A DNA stretch of 64,000 bases from Hypanus sabinus (Eukaryota). The DNA is taken from the NCBI RefSeq assembly GCF_030144855.1, contig NC_082712.1, positions 148,614,001 through 148,678,000 of the forward strand, in the 5' to 3' direction. Of this stretch, positions 51,641 to 64,000 are shown piece by piece. The notes beneath the pieces were generated by a model, which had not been told where the DNA came from, searched no databases, and worked only from the letters and a program-made list of their open reading frames with translations. A program made the position numbers and the translations under genes. How positions within the stretch are numbered: the first letter of the stretch is position 1; each line of letters starts with the position of its first letter.

Positions 51641-52794
51641 AAACCCCTGTGGATCTGTAGTAAAACTTCTTGGCTTTTGTATACAAATCTTTTGTTAACT
51701 AAGGCTTTCCTAACTGTTACCTGCATCTGTATGCTAACTTTCAGTGAATCACATTGGTGATCAGTGCTATTCAGTATTTAGTATGAAAAAATTTAGACTT
51801 AGAAATTGTCTTTTGAAGATTTAAAGAAGCCTTTTAAAAAGAATTCTTTGCTTTTCAGTCTTGTGCATTAAGTAGACATTATCACATTTTCCCATACCAT
51901 ATTCTATTTGCCATGTTCTCGTCCTATCAATCAGATGGTCCTTATCCCTTATAGCCTCTTTATATTCTCCCAATTCTACTTAGTTTATCATTTGCAAACT
52001 TGGAAAAATGGCAGTTCCCTCAGTCATTGATACAGATTTTGAAAAACTGGGACCCAAGCACTGGTGTTTGCTATACTCCATTAGTGAGTTTGCCAACCCG
52101 AGCCTGCTCCCTTGAGTTTACAAGAATGAGAGATGATCTCGATGACACACACAACTTTTTTTAGGGGCTGAGCTGAGCTTTTGTGAGATTGATGTTTGTC
52201 TGGCTGATGTATCTAGAACTAAGAGTTAGAATCTCACAATAAGAAGTTGGGGGTTCAGGGTGTAGAAGAGATGCATTTTCTTCAATAGAAGATGGATAGG
52301 ATTGTGGAAGCTCAAAGTATATTCAAGACAGAAAATAGAGTTTTAAATGCTAAGGAAATCCAGAAAATGGAAGTATTGCATGAACATGATACTGTGTTAT
52401 TGTCATTATTTCTTTTATTTCTTATTACCTATCTTAAATGTTGAATTGCTCCAGTATTATAGTTAGTATCAGCTGTCAGCTGGGCACTTGAACATCTGCT
52501 AAAGGGTGATTATCATGATCTTCCTTATATATCAGTTAGGGTTTGTGGCTGCCTTCATTAATCTTGATGAGATTACAGCGATAAAGAACTTCTTTGAGCA
52601 ATGGGATCAGATCTGTTTTGCCTCGGTTCTGGCTTTTAGAACTTATGACACAGCCAGACATTATTTGATCTAGGGGCTATTCTCAGATTTCTGAAGGCCA
52701 ACATCAATGGATCTTGGAGCTATTCCTAGTTAAGTGCATGCAGCTATCCCCCTGTGTTGCATTTCTTGTGTTGTGCAGCATTGTGTAGAAATGG

Positions 52795-53020
52795 AGACTG
52801 AAGGAACTGAAGATGTTGGAATCCGGAGCAACACACAAAGCGGCAGTGGAGCTCAGCGGGTCATAAAGCATCTGTGGAGGAACTGGACAGTTGACATTTT
52901 GGGTCAACATTTTTCATCTAGATTTGTGTTCAGATGATTGGTTTTAATCCAAAATATTGACTATTTCTTCCATAGATGCTGTCTGATTCACTAAGTTCCT
53001 CCAGTGCTTTGTGCGTTGCA
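52795..53020. repeat. Old Penelope-like inverted repeat
   Basis: Degenerate fold-back copy of the 33633 family. Confidence 0.45.
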
Positions 53021-55411
53021 CAAAAATATTTAATTCAATGCTTCGTTCTTTTTTAAGAACTGGAGTCTTGGTACTGTTTGGAGCTAGTTGCTTTTCAGGT
53101 TGTGGAAGGTATTTGCAAATCTGTTAGCAGACGTTCCTTAGTAGAGCTTTGTGATACGCGATTCAATTCTGCATATGCTTTTGTGATGTGCCATGAAGGC
53201 TTTTGCCTCTTCTGCTATTTCAGGTAGCTACACTAATTATGCCAAATAACTTAATCCAGTTTTTGCTGTTTCTACTAAAGCAAATGAGTCCTTTCTTGTT
53301 TACCCCATTAAAACTCATTTTACACACTACTTGTGCCAAAGAAAACAGCTCCAGCCTTTCCAATCTTTACAGTACTTGCCATACAGAACAGTTGCAATGA
53401 GATCAAATTCTAACTTTAACTTAAAAATAAACCTGTGCCTTGATGTCTGAAATATCACATTTCAAATTATGTGAATAAATAATTTTGTTAACAATTTCTT
53501 AGATTTAGATAAAAATATGTATTTATACATATTTTTTGAATAATTGTAGTAGTCAGCTGAATATTTTTCAAATTCAGTTCAGTAATATGGTATCACATGA
53601 AGAACAATGTATTCATGTAATTTCCTGAAGCCTTCTATACAATTTTAAAATATGCTAAACTTTATCCATCAACTTAATTTTCACTCAGATGGTAAGGAGG
53701 CCTGAAACCTGTTGTCGGAAATGGGGTAGAGGTGTAAATCCTCTCTGCACTTGAAAAGTATTTGAATGTGTATTTGAAGAGCTAAAACTTGCAAGGAATT
53801 GCCTCCTTTCTCAATATAATTTTCCTATAATTCTATGCAATATATGTTCTGTGTATTTATTTCATTTAAATAAAGCCTGCCTGTTAAAGATATTATGTAG
53901 ATACTTCACAAAAAGTGAAGCATTGAATAATGACTGAATATACTACTTTTAATGGAATTTTAATGATCGTAGCCTAACCAAGTAACTGCTCAGGCTTTCC
54001 TCATGTGACATGACATACTAGCTTAAGTTACTTATAACAAATGTTTCCTGTTTTGGCTAACCACGTAGAACATTTGTTATTTTGTTAATGCAAGAGTGAA
54101 CAGAATGCATTTATTTCACGGTGTTTGGTACAAAATATATTCTGTATTGTAATTTCTATTAGTATTTTGCAGAACTTATTAGAACTGTTAAATAACATTT
54201 AAATTAAATAGGCTTAAGAGACAGAATTTTGAAGTAATTCTTTCTGCCTACTTTAGGGTTGTTTCTTCCTATAACCTGATTAATAGTTTAATCCCAAAAC
54301 AATTAAATGCATTGCAAGGGACAATATCAATGTATTTGCTAAATGAGCTACTTTCTTTGTAGTTTATTTTCATCTTTTACTTTACGTATTTATTATCCCA
54401 GGACAAACTGGCCACCAAAGCTGCTGGTTGGTTCAGAACTAATGAAGGAAAAGTCACCTACAGCTTTGTTAGTACAGTCATGCCCCCTACAGTCAGATTT
54501 AAAGTGCTGTGTTGCTCGAAGTAGGCTGAGCAGAGTGCCTTGTATTCACTCTAAATAATTTGTGACTACATTTGAGTAAACCTAATAACAACATAGTTTG
54601 TAAATCTCTTCCAGTGATGATTTTGATTTTTTTTGAAGTTTGCAATTTGCTGATGACAGCATTTGCAAAATAATTACTAAATTATAATTATATATTTGTT
54701 ATTCATCACAATCCACAGAATTTTAAAATATGTTTTGTTTGTAAATAACTATGAAGCTAAAGAAATTGGTTTTGTGGTTATCTCTGAGAATTGTTTTCCG
54801 TTTCTACTGTTACTTGGTAGTGCCTACATTTTTGTGAATGACACTCAAACAAGTGAACTAAAAGGCCTAAACATTATTCCATCAGCTTTTAAGCTCCAAA
54901 TAATTGCCTGTTGCCTGTTTTTTTTCCGTCATACAGTTCACAAAGAAAAATTTGATAGGCCCAGGACAAAGTTCTAGTCTTGGCTTTGGGAAAGAGAGAA
55001 TGGCCAATCAAATCACTGTGTGGTAAGCTGAAGGTTGGAATGGTAGCTAGAGATTGGAGTTTGTAACAGTGAAGGCAGGTGGTGGTTACTGGAAATTGGA
55101 GAGAGTAGTAGGAGATTCTCTGAAGGTCTTTAGAGGGTCTTGTGCTATGTTACCTGCAGATTTGAAGCTGTTGAGGTGAAAGTTGGCAATTGGAGTCTTG
55201 GACAATAAAAAAGTCTGACAAGAAAACATGGGGAGTCGATTGCCAGAGTGCTGGTAGGTGGGTGAAGAATCTGAGGCCTAAGTGGAACAGGTAGGGGTGT
55301 GAGGTAGATTAAAGGGAGCATACCTGTAATAGGATCTCTATGCTGGGATAGCATCTGATTAATAGGCATTCTTTAAATAGGTTTTGTAGAAAAAATGACT
55401 ACTGTGCTTGG

Positions 55412-55862
55412 GTACTTCTGTTTTAAGATGGTGCTGGTGAAGCTCAGTGTCTGCTTATCGGCGGAGTCAGGGTGAGTGGAGGCAAGGCAGCAGGCCCATT
55501 GCCCAGTGTGGGGAAAGACCCGAGGTTCGATCAATTTAAGCTCTGGGCCGAATTGGAAAGGTCAGGTACAGGCTGAGTCGAGGTGGCAGGGTCCAGGCCC
55601 CACAGCATATCAAAGCAACAGACCCCAATGTTTGACTGATGATTTATGTGCTGGGCCAGATTGAAGAGGTCAGGATGTTGGGGTCGGAGGTAGGGGACGG
55701 GCCTGTTTAGCTCACAGCTCCGTGACATTTACCGTGCTGAAGTGAGACTCTGCTTTCTCGTCTGTGGACAGACTGTCTTTCATGGACTTCAGTTCTGAAT
55801 GTTTATTTGCTCTCGAGGTTCTATAATGTATATATGCTTTGATAATAGATGTACTTTGAACT
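55412..55862 (+). repeat. Interspersed repeat family A
   Basis: Starts AAGATGG; homologous body and tail. Confidence 0.55.
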
Positions 55863-56267
55863 AGTATTCTGGACCAACATTTTGTTTATTGCATTGCTAT
55901 CAGCATTGGAATGAAGCAAAACTATCTTAAATTTTATATATGCTTTTTTGTCAATTTGGAGCTTTCATTCCATCATTTTCATTTTGTTAAAAAGTCCAAG
56001 TGAAAAGATTTAATAGACACAAGAGTGTTATGTCTACATTTTATCTTCCACATTTGACAGATGAACAGATGTTACAATCTGTGGGTATTATTTCTAATTT
56101 AATCACTAGTCCCACTAGAGGAATGAATAAGAGGTAATAATATTTAAATCAGGCTCTTTTCCTGAGATTTTGAGATCCATTTGAACTTAATGGTATAAGT
56201 TTAATTCCCTATGGCCTAGGAATGCCATCAACTGAAGTGAGAAGGTAGCTGTTGAGATTTTCTAATA

Positions 56268-57069
56268 CAGTGGATTTCAGTTAATTGGGGCAGCCACTTA
56301 TTTAGGACAACTCTTAAAGATGAAAAAAGGAACAAGAAAATAGCCCTTTGTTTTCCCTTTGTTTCGGATTCCCTTTGTTTATTTGGGACATTATGCTGCT
56401 TAATTGGGACAGGTGACTGTTTCTGAATAGTTTCTAACTAGCATCAGTCATGAGTACTTGCCTGGCCATTAGATACTAAACTGTGCTTAGAATGAACAGT
56501 TTTTAAATAGTGTCAGTTACATGTATTTGTGTCTAAAAAAAAACTGTGATTTTTATCAATGGTAGTTGGCAAGAAATAAGCAGTAAGACAATTCAGAACT
56601 GTTTTGCTCATTGTGGTTTCAAGCATTCAGGCTTGGAGATGCCAGAAACAGCCAGGAGTGAAAATGAAACAATTTTGTTACTCCAACAAGTTAAAATCAC
56701 ATTGAAATTTGTAATGAAAATGACAATTTGGAGGATGCAATCATTGAAAGCATTGAATGAAGGCAGCCCATAGCTACACTAGGTGTCTGCACTGAATTAG
56801 TTCATTTACAATCAATCAAAGGAACATGGAAGTGTACACTAGAAGAATTGGGATCTAATACATAGTTTTATAGTACTGTTTTATTGGTAGTCTTCTAATT
56901 TGTTTTGCATTTCATTTAAATCCATAGTTTATTACTTTGTTAAATGGTGGTTTGTCTTTTTTTTATACCTTTTGAATTATTTTCATGAAAATTTGGCTAA
57001 CTGGGGCAAATGGTTAATTGGGCCAAAATGTACTGACCCCAAAGCACCCCAGTTAACCGGAATCCACTG
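56268..57069 (+). mobile_element. Tigger-like non-autonomous DNA transposon, complete ends
   Basis: TIRs CAGTGGATT..GTTAA.TGGGG, TA TSDs at 56266-56267 and 57070-57071, and a pogo DDE-tail relic ISSKTIQNCFAHCGF. Confidence 0.85.
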
Positions 57070-57344
57070 TATTGTCCATGGGCCTGGATATGTCAGTGGA
57101 GCAGTTTCCTGCAACGAGGAAAACCTATTATAATTGGTCCTCAAGAAAGAGGAGCATTGTAGGGCACTGCTTTCCTCTATTTTGCAAACTTCATGCTGTA
57201 ATTGCTTAATATATGGTACCTCACAGCTATAAGAAATGTTAGTAGTTATTTCAAATAAATTTAACAAACTGATGGTTTGCTTTTATAGATGCCCATCACT
57301 AAGTTATTTTTATTAACATTTTGTTTATCTTTAATTCATTTTAG

Positions 57345-57411
57345 GTAGAGAAATGTATTGACATTGAAGACATAGACAGTGACAAAGAAAGTGAACAGCA
57401 AAGTGGCACAG
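57345..57411 (+). CDS. IFTAP: IFTAP/NWC third coding exon
   Basis: Acceptor ttcattttAG, phase 0, reading VEKCIDIEDIDSDKESEQQSGT, then donor CAG|GTAGGT. It resembles the recalled human VDNFLDLEDLDMDEE exon and is in frame with the previous exon. Confidence 0.75.
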
Positions 57412-57899
57412 GTAGGTAAACAAGTGCAAACCATAATCATTTAATCTGGATAAATGGACTTGCCAGAATGAAGAATGTTTTCTGGTGGTTGTGGTCTATA
57501 CAGTTCTTGCTGATTTTTTTTTAGTAGACTACATTATCAAGTTAATTTCTAATTTTGATATTTGCTGAAGTCATTTCCAGTCATTGTGGAACAATTTGCA
57601 TTGAGTAATTTCAAGGCTCATATCTAGCAGTTCAACTTTACAAATCAGCAATATGAAAAACTATTGTAATTTATCATTCATTATTGAGACTTTAAAAAAT
57701 TAGTTTTGATTTATTATTGTCAGATGTACTGTGATAGAGTGAATTTTGTTGTTTGAGTGCCATCCAGTCAGATCATGCCATATAAACACATTGAGGTAGT
57801 ATAAATTAAAAAACCCGAATGTAGTATGTAGTACTTTAGCTACCACTGTAGTGCAGGGAAACAAATCAAATACAAGGACCCCAATGAGATCAGAAGTTC

Positions 57900-58400
57900 A
57901 TCTTAATCATATGAAAAGGTCATCCAGGAGTCTGATAATAGCTGGATAAAGCTGTCACTGAGTCTGTTGGTATACGTTTTCAAGCTTTTGTGTCTTCTGC
58001 CTGATTGGAGAGGGGAGAAGAGAGAATGACTGGGGTAGGAGGGCTCCTTGATTACATTGCCTGATTTCATGAGGAAGCTAGAAGTGTAGGCTTGATGGAG
58101 GAGAGGCTGATTTGTATGATGACCAGGGTTGTGTTTGCAACTCTCTTAAAATCTTGGGCAGAGCAATTGCCATAGTAAACTGTGGTGCATGTGGGTAGAA
58201 TGCTTCCTTCGGTGTATCTGTAAAATTTGGCAAGAGTCTTTGAGGACATGCTGAATTTCCTTAGCCATCTGAGGAAATAGAGACATTTGTATGCCTTATT
58301 GGCTATCACATCTATGTGGCTGCAACAGGACAAATTGTTGGTGATATTTACCTAGTAACTCGAAGTTCTCAACCATCTCCATTGATAACCATCACCTCAA
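57900..58400 (-). mobile_element. Rex1/Babar-type LINE 3' fragment
   Basis: Minus-strand ORF 58067-58333: KCLYFLRWLRKFSMSSKTLAKFYRYTEGSILPTCTTVYYGNC. Confidence 0.7.
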
Positions 58401-59723
58401 CACCATTGATAAACACTGTGGAATGTTCACCATGTCCACTCAACTAATATAGACACAGTTAACTTGGTAGAACTGTATTTCTTTGAAGGGGGCCATTTGG
58501 GCAATTTTGCATGCAAAAGTTGACTTTAATTTGTTAGTCTATACTTTCTAAAATATTAAATAATTTAATTAAATACTAAGAAGAAACTTAAGAGCAGGAA
58601 TAGAACATTCAGGCTCTACAGTCTTTTCTGGCACTTAATGATAATTGTGATGTAATATCCTGTATTAACCTTTGTTAATCAAAAGACACTGAGATCAGAA
58701 GCAAAGATTAGATGTAGAGCTCTTGTTTCTTTATCATGGCCTCATTAGCTCTATATTATGAGATGAATTTGTGATCTTGTGAATTTGGGATAACATTGTT
58801 CTTCATAATATTAGACTTAATTCAATTTAGTACCTGTGCAAAATATTGTAACTGATCACTAGCCATGTTTACATATTCATTTCCAGTTTCTTCTTTTTAA
58901 ATTGTGTGCCTTTGAGGCCTTGCCTCTGAATTTATAAATATTAAGTTCATATTTTAATACAGTATGAACTTATTTTATTTTCAGATCTAAATATGGTTGT
59001 CTTTATTTTTCAATTGCAAAAAGCATTATTGATCTTTATATTTGAATGCAAGTTATTTATGATAAAATTAATGAGTCTAGCAACAGCTACCCAGGGACAG
59101 TCCCTGCTATGCCACAGTTATCTCGACTGGCTGTTCTGCACTAGTGCAGCTCATTAAACTGCAGCTGGGCAGATAAAGAGCAAAACAGCAGATACCAATA
59201 GTGAACACACTTTATGGCTCAGGAATTGAGACAATATTGTAGTTGGGGCATTATGATAAAAACATTATTTCATGCAGAGATTCATTTTCAAATAAAAGCA
59301 GGAAGTAAAATAAATGTCAATATTGAATTGGATTTATGCAGATTTTTCTTTTTGAGAACCTTTGCTGGTTAGACAATGAATAACTGCATCTTTTTCCAAT
59401 TAGCGCAAGAGTAATTTAATGAAGGAACTTGAATTAAATGAATTCTTAGAAAATGGGCAGTCATGCGATAACTGGTATACCACCATAATACACAGACAAC
59501 AATGGTTCAAGAAAAGAGGTCACTATTAGACAATTTATTGTCATTGTCTAATGGTGACTTTTTTCTTGAACCACTGCTGAATATGATGTCATGGTGGTAT
59601 TTAACAGTGGTAAGTGGATATTCTATGATTTTAGCCCGGAGGCATTGAAGAATGGAATGTTCCCAAGGCAGATGTTGAGTTATTTGGAAGGTGGCTTCAA
59701 TGCCTTTCCGCCACCTGCGAGGA

Positions 59724-59850
59724 TGGGATTCTCTAAATTGCCTGGACGAATGCACTACCAACAACTCTCAAGAAATTTTGCCACTCCCAGGACAAAGCAG
59801 AAATACTGCACTTCAAAACGACCACTACCATTGTCCTTGATGCTGTCTGT
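59724..59850 (+). mobile_element. Possible PIF/Harbinger transposase relic
   Basis: Frameshifted peptides WDSLNCL and (Y.)HFKTTTTIVLDAVC resemble the Harbinger WNFPNC.G...YYNYKG..SIVL.AVC motifs. Confidence 0.3.
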
Positions 59851-59989
59851 GGTTGGAAAGATGCTATCAACATTGTCCAGAACCTCCTCTGGACCCTCTC
59901 CAATGCCAGCACATCTTTTCGTAGAAAAGAGGCCCAAAACTGGGTCACAACACTCCAAGTGTGATCTGAACAATGCCTGTTAATGATGG

Positions 59990-60812
59990 ATAAATATGTA
60001 TGGTGCGATCTCTATGAGTCTGAAGTTGGTGAAGCCTTGAATTCTCATCCCGCTAAGAAGCAGAAACTACAGAAAGCACGTCAATACAATGTTACGTACC
60101 TGGAGTATGGTTTTATTCCATTCCCATCAGATCAGCAATGCCCCATGTGTCTTATTTGTATACTGTACTGTCTAATGAAGCCATGGAACCATCAAGATTG
60201 CAGGACACTTCTGTAAAAGACACCCTGAAAAGGCTATTTATGGTATTATTCAGTTCCAGAAGATGAAAGAAGCATTTGAAAAGTGTTGTATACTCAAGTT
60301 ATTTGCCAAGAAAGCTAAAAATTACCTTGATAGTAGTCTCATTGCTTCTTATAACATTTCCAAAATGATAGCAAGTATGGAAAATCTCATACAGTTGGTG
60401 GAAGATTAATAATTCCTACTGTATCAGAAGTGCTCATCACTGCACTCAAAATGGATGCCAGTATTTTAAAATCATTTCAAAGAGATTTCATTGCAGTGAA
60501 TCACAAACTCACATAAATCAGAAACCACTTGGCCATTGTTGTGCGCGGGGACTTAAGGCTTTTGCTGTCACAACTTAAGCCAGCTATTTCAACTTAAGCC
60601 AAAAACCATCAAGCTCAAGGATCACATTGAAACTTAAGCTGCTGTACAGCACACAAGTACAGTGTAAGTCAGATTTAAAGACAAATAACAATTTAAAGCA
60701 GAATCATTTTTCTCATGTTAGCATATGGTAGACAGGTTTTTAAACTATGAATTCCCTGGAAAGTATATTGTGCCTAAGAGGGGTGTTAGCCTAAGAAAGG
60801 TTGGGAAATACT
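59990..60812 (+). mobile_element. hAT-Charlie DNA transposon relic (BED finger transposase)
   Basis: KARQYNVTYLEYGFIPFPSDQQCPMCLIC..SNEAM.PSRLQ.H..RHP and IASYNISKMIA relics; hAT-like right end AAAGGTTGGGAAATACTG. Confidence 0.75.
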
Positions 60813-61062
60813 GATCTAAATCCTACCCAACAGCACTGAGTGAGTACTTTCTTTGGAAGTGCTACATCAGTTTAAGAAGGCAATTCTCTGCTATTTTTTC
60901 ATAGGCAGTTGGGCATGGGCAATAAATGGTGACTTTGTTTGAGCCTGAAAATGACTAAAAAACAGATGAATGATTGTGTCTGTGGTTGGTAAACTAATGG
61001 CTTATATAGGAGAAGAGCTGTCAAAGAAGTTCCTTGGTGCAGAGCATACTATAGGTAATACT

Positions 61063-61279
61063 TGATGCACCATCAATAACTCACTCTGAGACGTAAAGGC
61101 GAGATATCGGCTTTTATTGACTGGAAGAAGGAACAAGCAGTGAGTGACCATCATACTACATCCTGGAGACTGAGAGGCCGGGCTCAGGCCTTGATCGCCT
61201 TTATACCGGGGTCTGTGGGAGGAGCCACAGGAGCAGTCAGCAGGGGTCGTGTCCAGACAGGTATATGTAGTTCACCACA
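61063..61279 (-). mobile_element. Solo LTR, ~215-bp family (copy 3)
   Basis: TG...CA ends; TSD ATACT at 61058-61062 and 61280-61284. Confidence 0.88.
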
Positions 61280-61459
61280 ATACTATTCCAGCCATAATGG
61301 GAATAATGGGTCTTTGGATTGCTACAATGCTGCTCAAGAATTTACCTTGCACTGGATGAAAATGAGCATCTTGAATGGTACTGCATCTGCACACGCTCAG
61401 GCAACAGGAGAAAATTGTAAATGATAAAAAAGGGGGGGTTTCTTCTTTTTTTGTTGCTG

Positions 61460-62152
61460 TGTATATTAATCAAAATGGCTGCTTTGTTTTGTTAAAAGTA
61501 GGAATGCTTCTTTGTTATGATAAGTGCTTTCTCTCGTAGCTTGTTTGGGTTAAAATTTACTGATAACGGGAATTGTATTCATTTGTTAACCAGTTGGGAT
61601 AGATGCTATTTGCTCTTCTGGGTCTGTAAGCTATTGTTGGTGGGCTTTTGGGGAGTCGGCACGAGGGGGTGAGAGAGAGAGCATGTGATGCTGTAAGCTG
61701 GCAACAGAACGGACCCCGAGTGAGGGTCCGAGGCCAGGATTTTCGGTGAGCAGAGGAGATGGAGACAGACGTGCCGGGGGTGCTAGGTTGATCACTTCGG
61801 GTGGTCCTGAGCTGCGAGTCGAGGAGGTCTGAGGGGATCGGATGGTGGCCAGAAGACTTAATTAATTGAGCTCCAACGGTTGAGCATGAAGTGGTTTGGA
61901 CTTTGATAAGTTTTGATAAGTTGATAACTTTATTTCCTTTTTCTTCATATATACTGTATCGTTATTAATCACTTAGTTCTAATAAGATCTATAAAGTGTA
62001 ATCATTTAATCGCATATGGTGTACTGTCTGTTATTTGGCGTGGTGGGGACATCACACAGCATCCACATAAACTGATTACCCAGTCTGGGGCGAAGGCTGC
62101 TCCTCCTAGATGGAAGTGAGCTGAGCGAGCCTAAGGCGTGCCAGGGGCTACA
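61460..62152 (+). repeat. LTR-like interspersed repeat
   Basis: GC-richer block ending GGGGCTACA with an A-rich polyA-like region. No TSD found and the left end is uncertain. Confidence 0.3.
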
Positions 62153-63550
62153 TATTAAATTCCAGGCATCTTCTTTGAACACGATGGAGTCAGAAATTGA
62201 ACCGGTAGTTACAGTATATTGCCTGGTCTAGTAACCATAACACTTATATGGCCAATACATTGAACTTTTGTTCACTGCTGATGGCTGGAAGGTTGGATGT
62301 TCTTTGTGTTTGCTTTTAAATGGAAAAAAACTGGAGATCTCTTGTTGGAGTTGGTCATCTCTTGTTGGAGTTAACATGAATACTACTTAGCATTTATAAC
62401 CCCATGTTCTTCAAGTTCTCTATATGTTCAAGGTCAATTTACATAAACACTATGACCTAAAAATGGAAGGAAGGCCTTAAATGCTGCTCTCATTTAGAGT
62501 GTGCAATCTCACATGTTTGGACACTTTGGCTGTGTTTCCTTTCTGCCTGGTGACTGCTATTTGTGGATGTCACCTTAAATATCTTTATATCTTTATATCT
62601 GCAAGTGCCAATTTCTCAGCTAGTGGCTAAGGAGGAAGTGTTTTAATTCTGATCCATTGTTGTCTGACTGAGTAGATATTCTTGTCTATTAGAAAGAAGA
62701 AATGCACACACAAAAGTAAGCAGTAAGAAAGAGATATGTGTGTGCATTGTCAGCAGTTTCTAAATCTGAAAACAGAGCAAATAAAATATTGTATTTGTAC
62801 ATACTGCTATCTTTAATGATCTATGCACCATTGCTGTGTATTTCAATGGCAGTTGCACAAATAAGGGAGAGGGAGAGAGAATATGCTGTATCTATAAATG
62901 TTAAAGTTATGATTGATGCAGATTGTTAGGCGAGTGTATGCATTGGTGAATTGTTGAGTGTTGGGATTTGATCACTGACCTTGACAAGATTTATGAGATC
63001 ATTAAACACATCGTGAACTATGACCATGTCCTTTGGGCTTCACTCCTGCCATTGATCTGAAGAGCAGCCTTCTGTGGCTTCATTATTTTATTTGGACTTG
63101 GACATGTGGGGCATGCTGGTGACCTACGATTCAACTGCCTTTGTCTTTCTCTTCATCTTGTCAATAAGGGTGTTTAGAGCCTTCAGTATCTTTACTTTTC
63201 TTTGACCTGCTCTCATTATCCTGAGTCTTTGAACTAACTCTCGCTAGCTGTTACAGACATTGCTTAATGCAGCTTTCTTCAGATTGTGCCAGTCACTCAT
63301 GAAATTTTACATGGTCAATGCACTCAAAGCCTGTTTAAGCAGTTTATTGAAATCTTGATGAAATGGTAGGAGCATAGATATATTCACCTTGCCCTGGTTC
63401 ATAGATTTAAAGATATTTTTGTATCATTTGAAGAGGAGCAGGAATTCCTGCTATGTGTGAGGCACACATCTAACAGGTATTTTCCTCATTGCTATTTATG
63501 TAAAAAATGTTTCCATGTTTTGTGCTATCACAAATAGAATCCACAATTTT

Positions 63551-63958
63551 GCACTGGAATTTAGAAGGATGAGAGGGGATCTGAATGAAACATATAAGAT
63601 TATTAAGGGATTGGACACACTAGAGGCAGGAAAAATGTTCCCGATGTTGGGGGAAACCAGAACCAGAGGCCTCAGTTTAAGAATAAGGGGTAGGCCATTT
63701 AGAACAGAGTTAAGGAAAAACTTTTTCACCCAGAGAGTTGTGGATCTATGGAATGCTCTGCCTCAGAAGGCAGTGGAGGCCAACTCTCTGGATGCTTTCA
63801 AGAAAGAGTTAGATAAAGCTCTTAAAGATAGCGGAGTCAAGGGATATGGGGAGAAGGCAGGAACAGGGTACTGATTGTGGATGATCAGCCATGATCACAT
63901 TGAATGGTGGTGCTGGCTCGAAGGGCTGAATGGCCTACTCCTGCACCTATTGTCTATT
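63551..63958 (+). mobile_element. Young CR1 LINE 3' end
   Basis: Uninterrupted ORF2 C-terminus (LEFRRMRGDL...NFFTQRVVDLWNALP...GYGEKAG), a 3'UTR and a CTATTGT tandem tail. Confidence 0.9.
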
Positions 63959-64000
63959 GTTTTCTTACATTGCAATATACAATTTAAGTTTTTAACTTTG

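Noticed and set aside
54400-54520. Possible extra IFTAP exon (…NEGKVTYSF…)
   Set aside because: There is no good phase-0 donor, and the flanking exons at 49640 and 57345 already join in frame.
54982-55020. Minus-strand CACAGTG, 23-nt spacer, CCCAAAGCC
   Set aside because: The nonamer matches only 6/9, no partner RSS was seen, and such cryptic sites are expected by chance in 64 kb. I saw no RAG-transposon TIR pair in the window.
62335-62376. ~20-bp tandem duplication ATCTCTTGTTGGAGTT
   Set aside because: A trivial two-copy slippage event with no further structure.
1-64000. CRISPR arrays, rRNA or tRNA genes, prokaryotic operons
   Set aside because: None seen. The sequence is vertebrate genomic DNA and the tRNA-like heads belong to SINEs.

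Overview
This is vertebrate genomic DNA. The RAG2 sequence and repeat families suggest a cartilaginous fish, probably a ray (inference). The window covers the RAG2/NWC(IFTAP) side of the RAG locus. RAG2 is an intact single-exon CDS on the minus strand (19984-21543, 519 aa). IFTAP/NWC (C11orf74) runs on the plus strand from a CpG-rich promoter at about 28.4 kb that carries opposed ZNF143-type motifs and an RFX X-box; three spliced coding exons are visible (45832-45934, 49486-49640, 57345-57411) and the gene continues past the window. No RAG1 CDS is present, so it should lie left of base 1. The rest is transposon-rich: a young, internally deleted BEL/Pao LTR retrotransposon with both LTRs and a GTGTA target-site duplication (TSD) at 13677-18459, many CR1-type LINEs, three solo LTRs with 5-bp TSDs, Tigger, Tc1 and hAT DNA transposon relics, V-SINE-like elements, and Penelope-like inverted repeats with degenerate hammerhead cores. 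I found no convincing wholly new biological system; the best leads are the promoter architecture, the non-autonomous BEL element, a fold-back hairpin at a LINE 5' junction, and the hammerhead-like repeats. Boundaries of old repeats are approximate and family names are by-eye recognition, not database hits.
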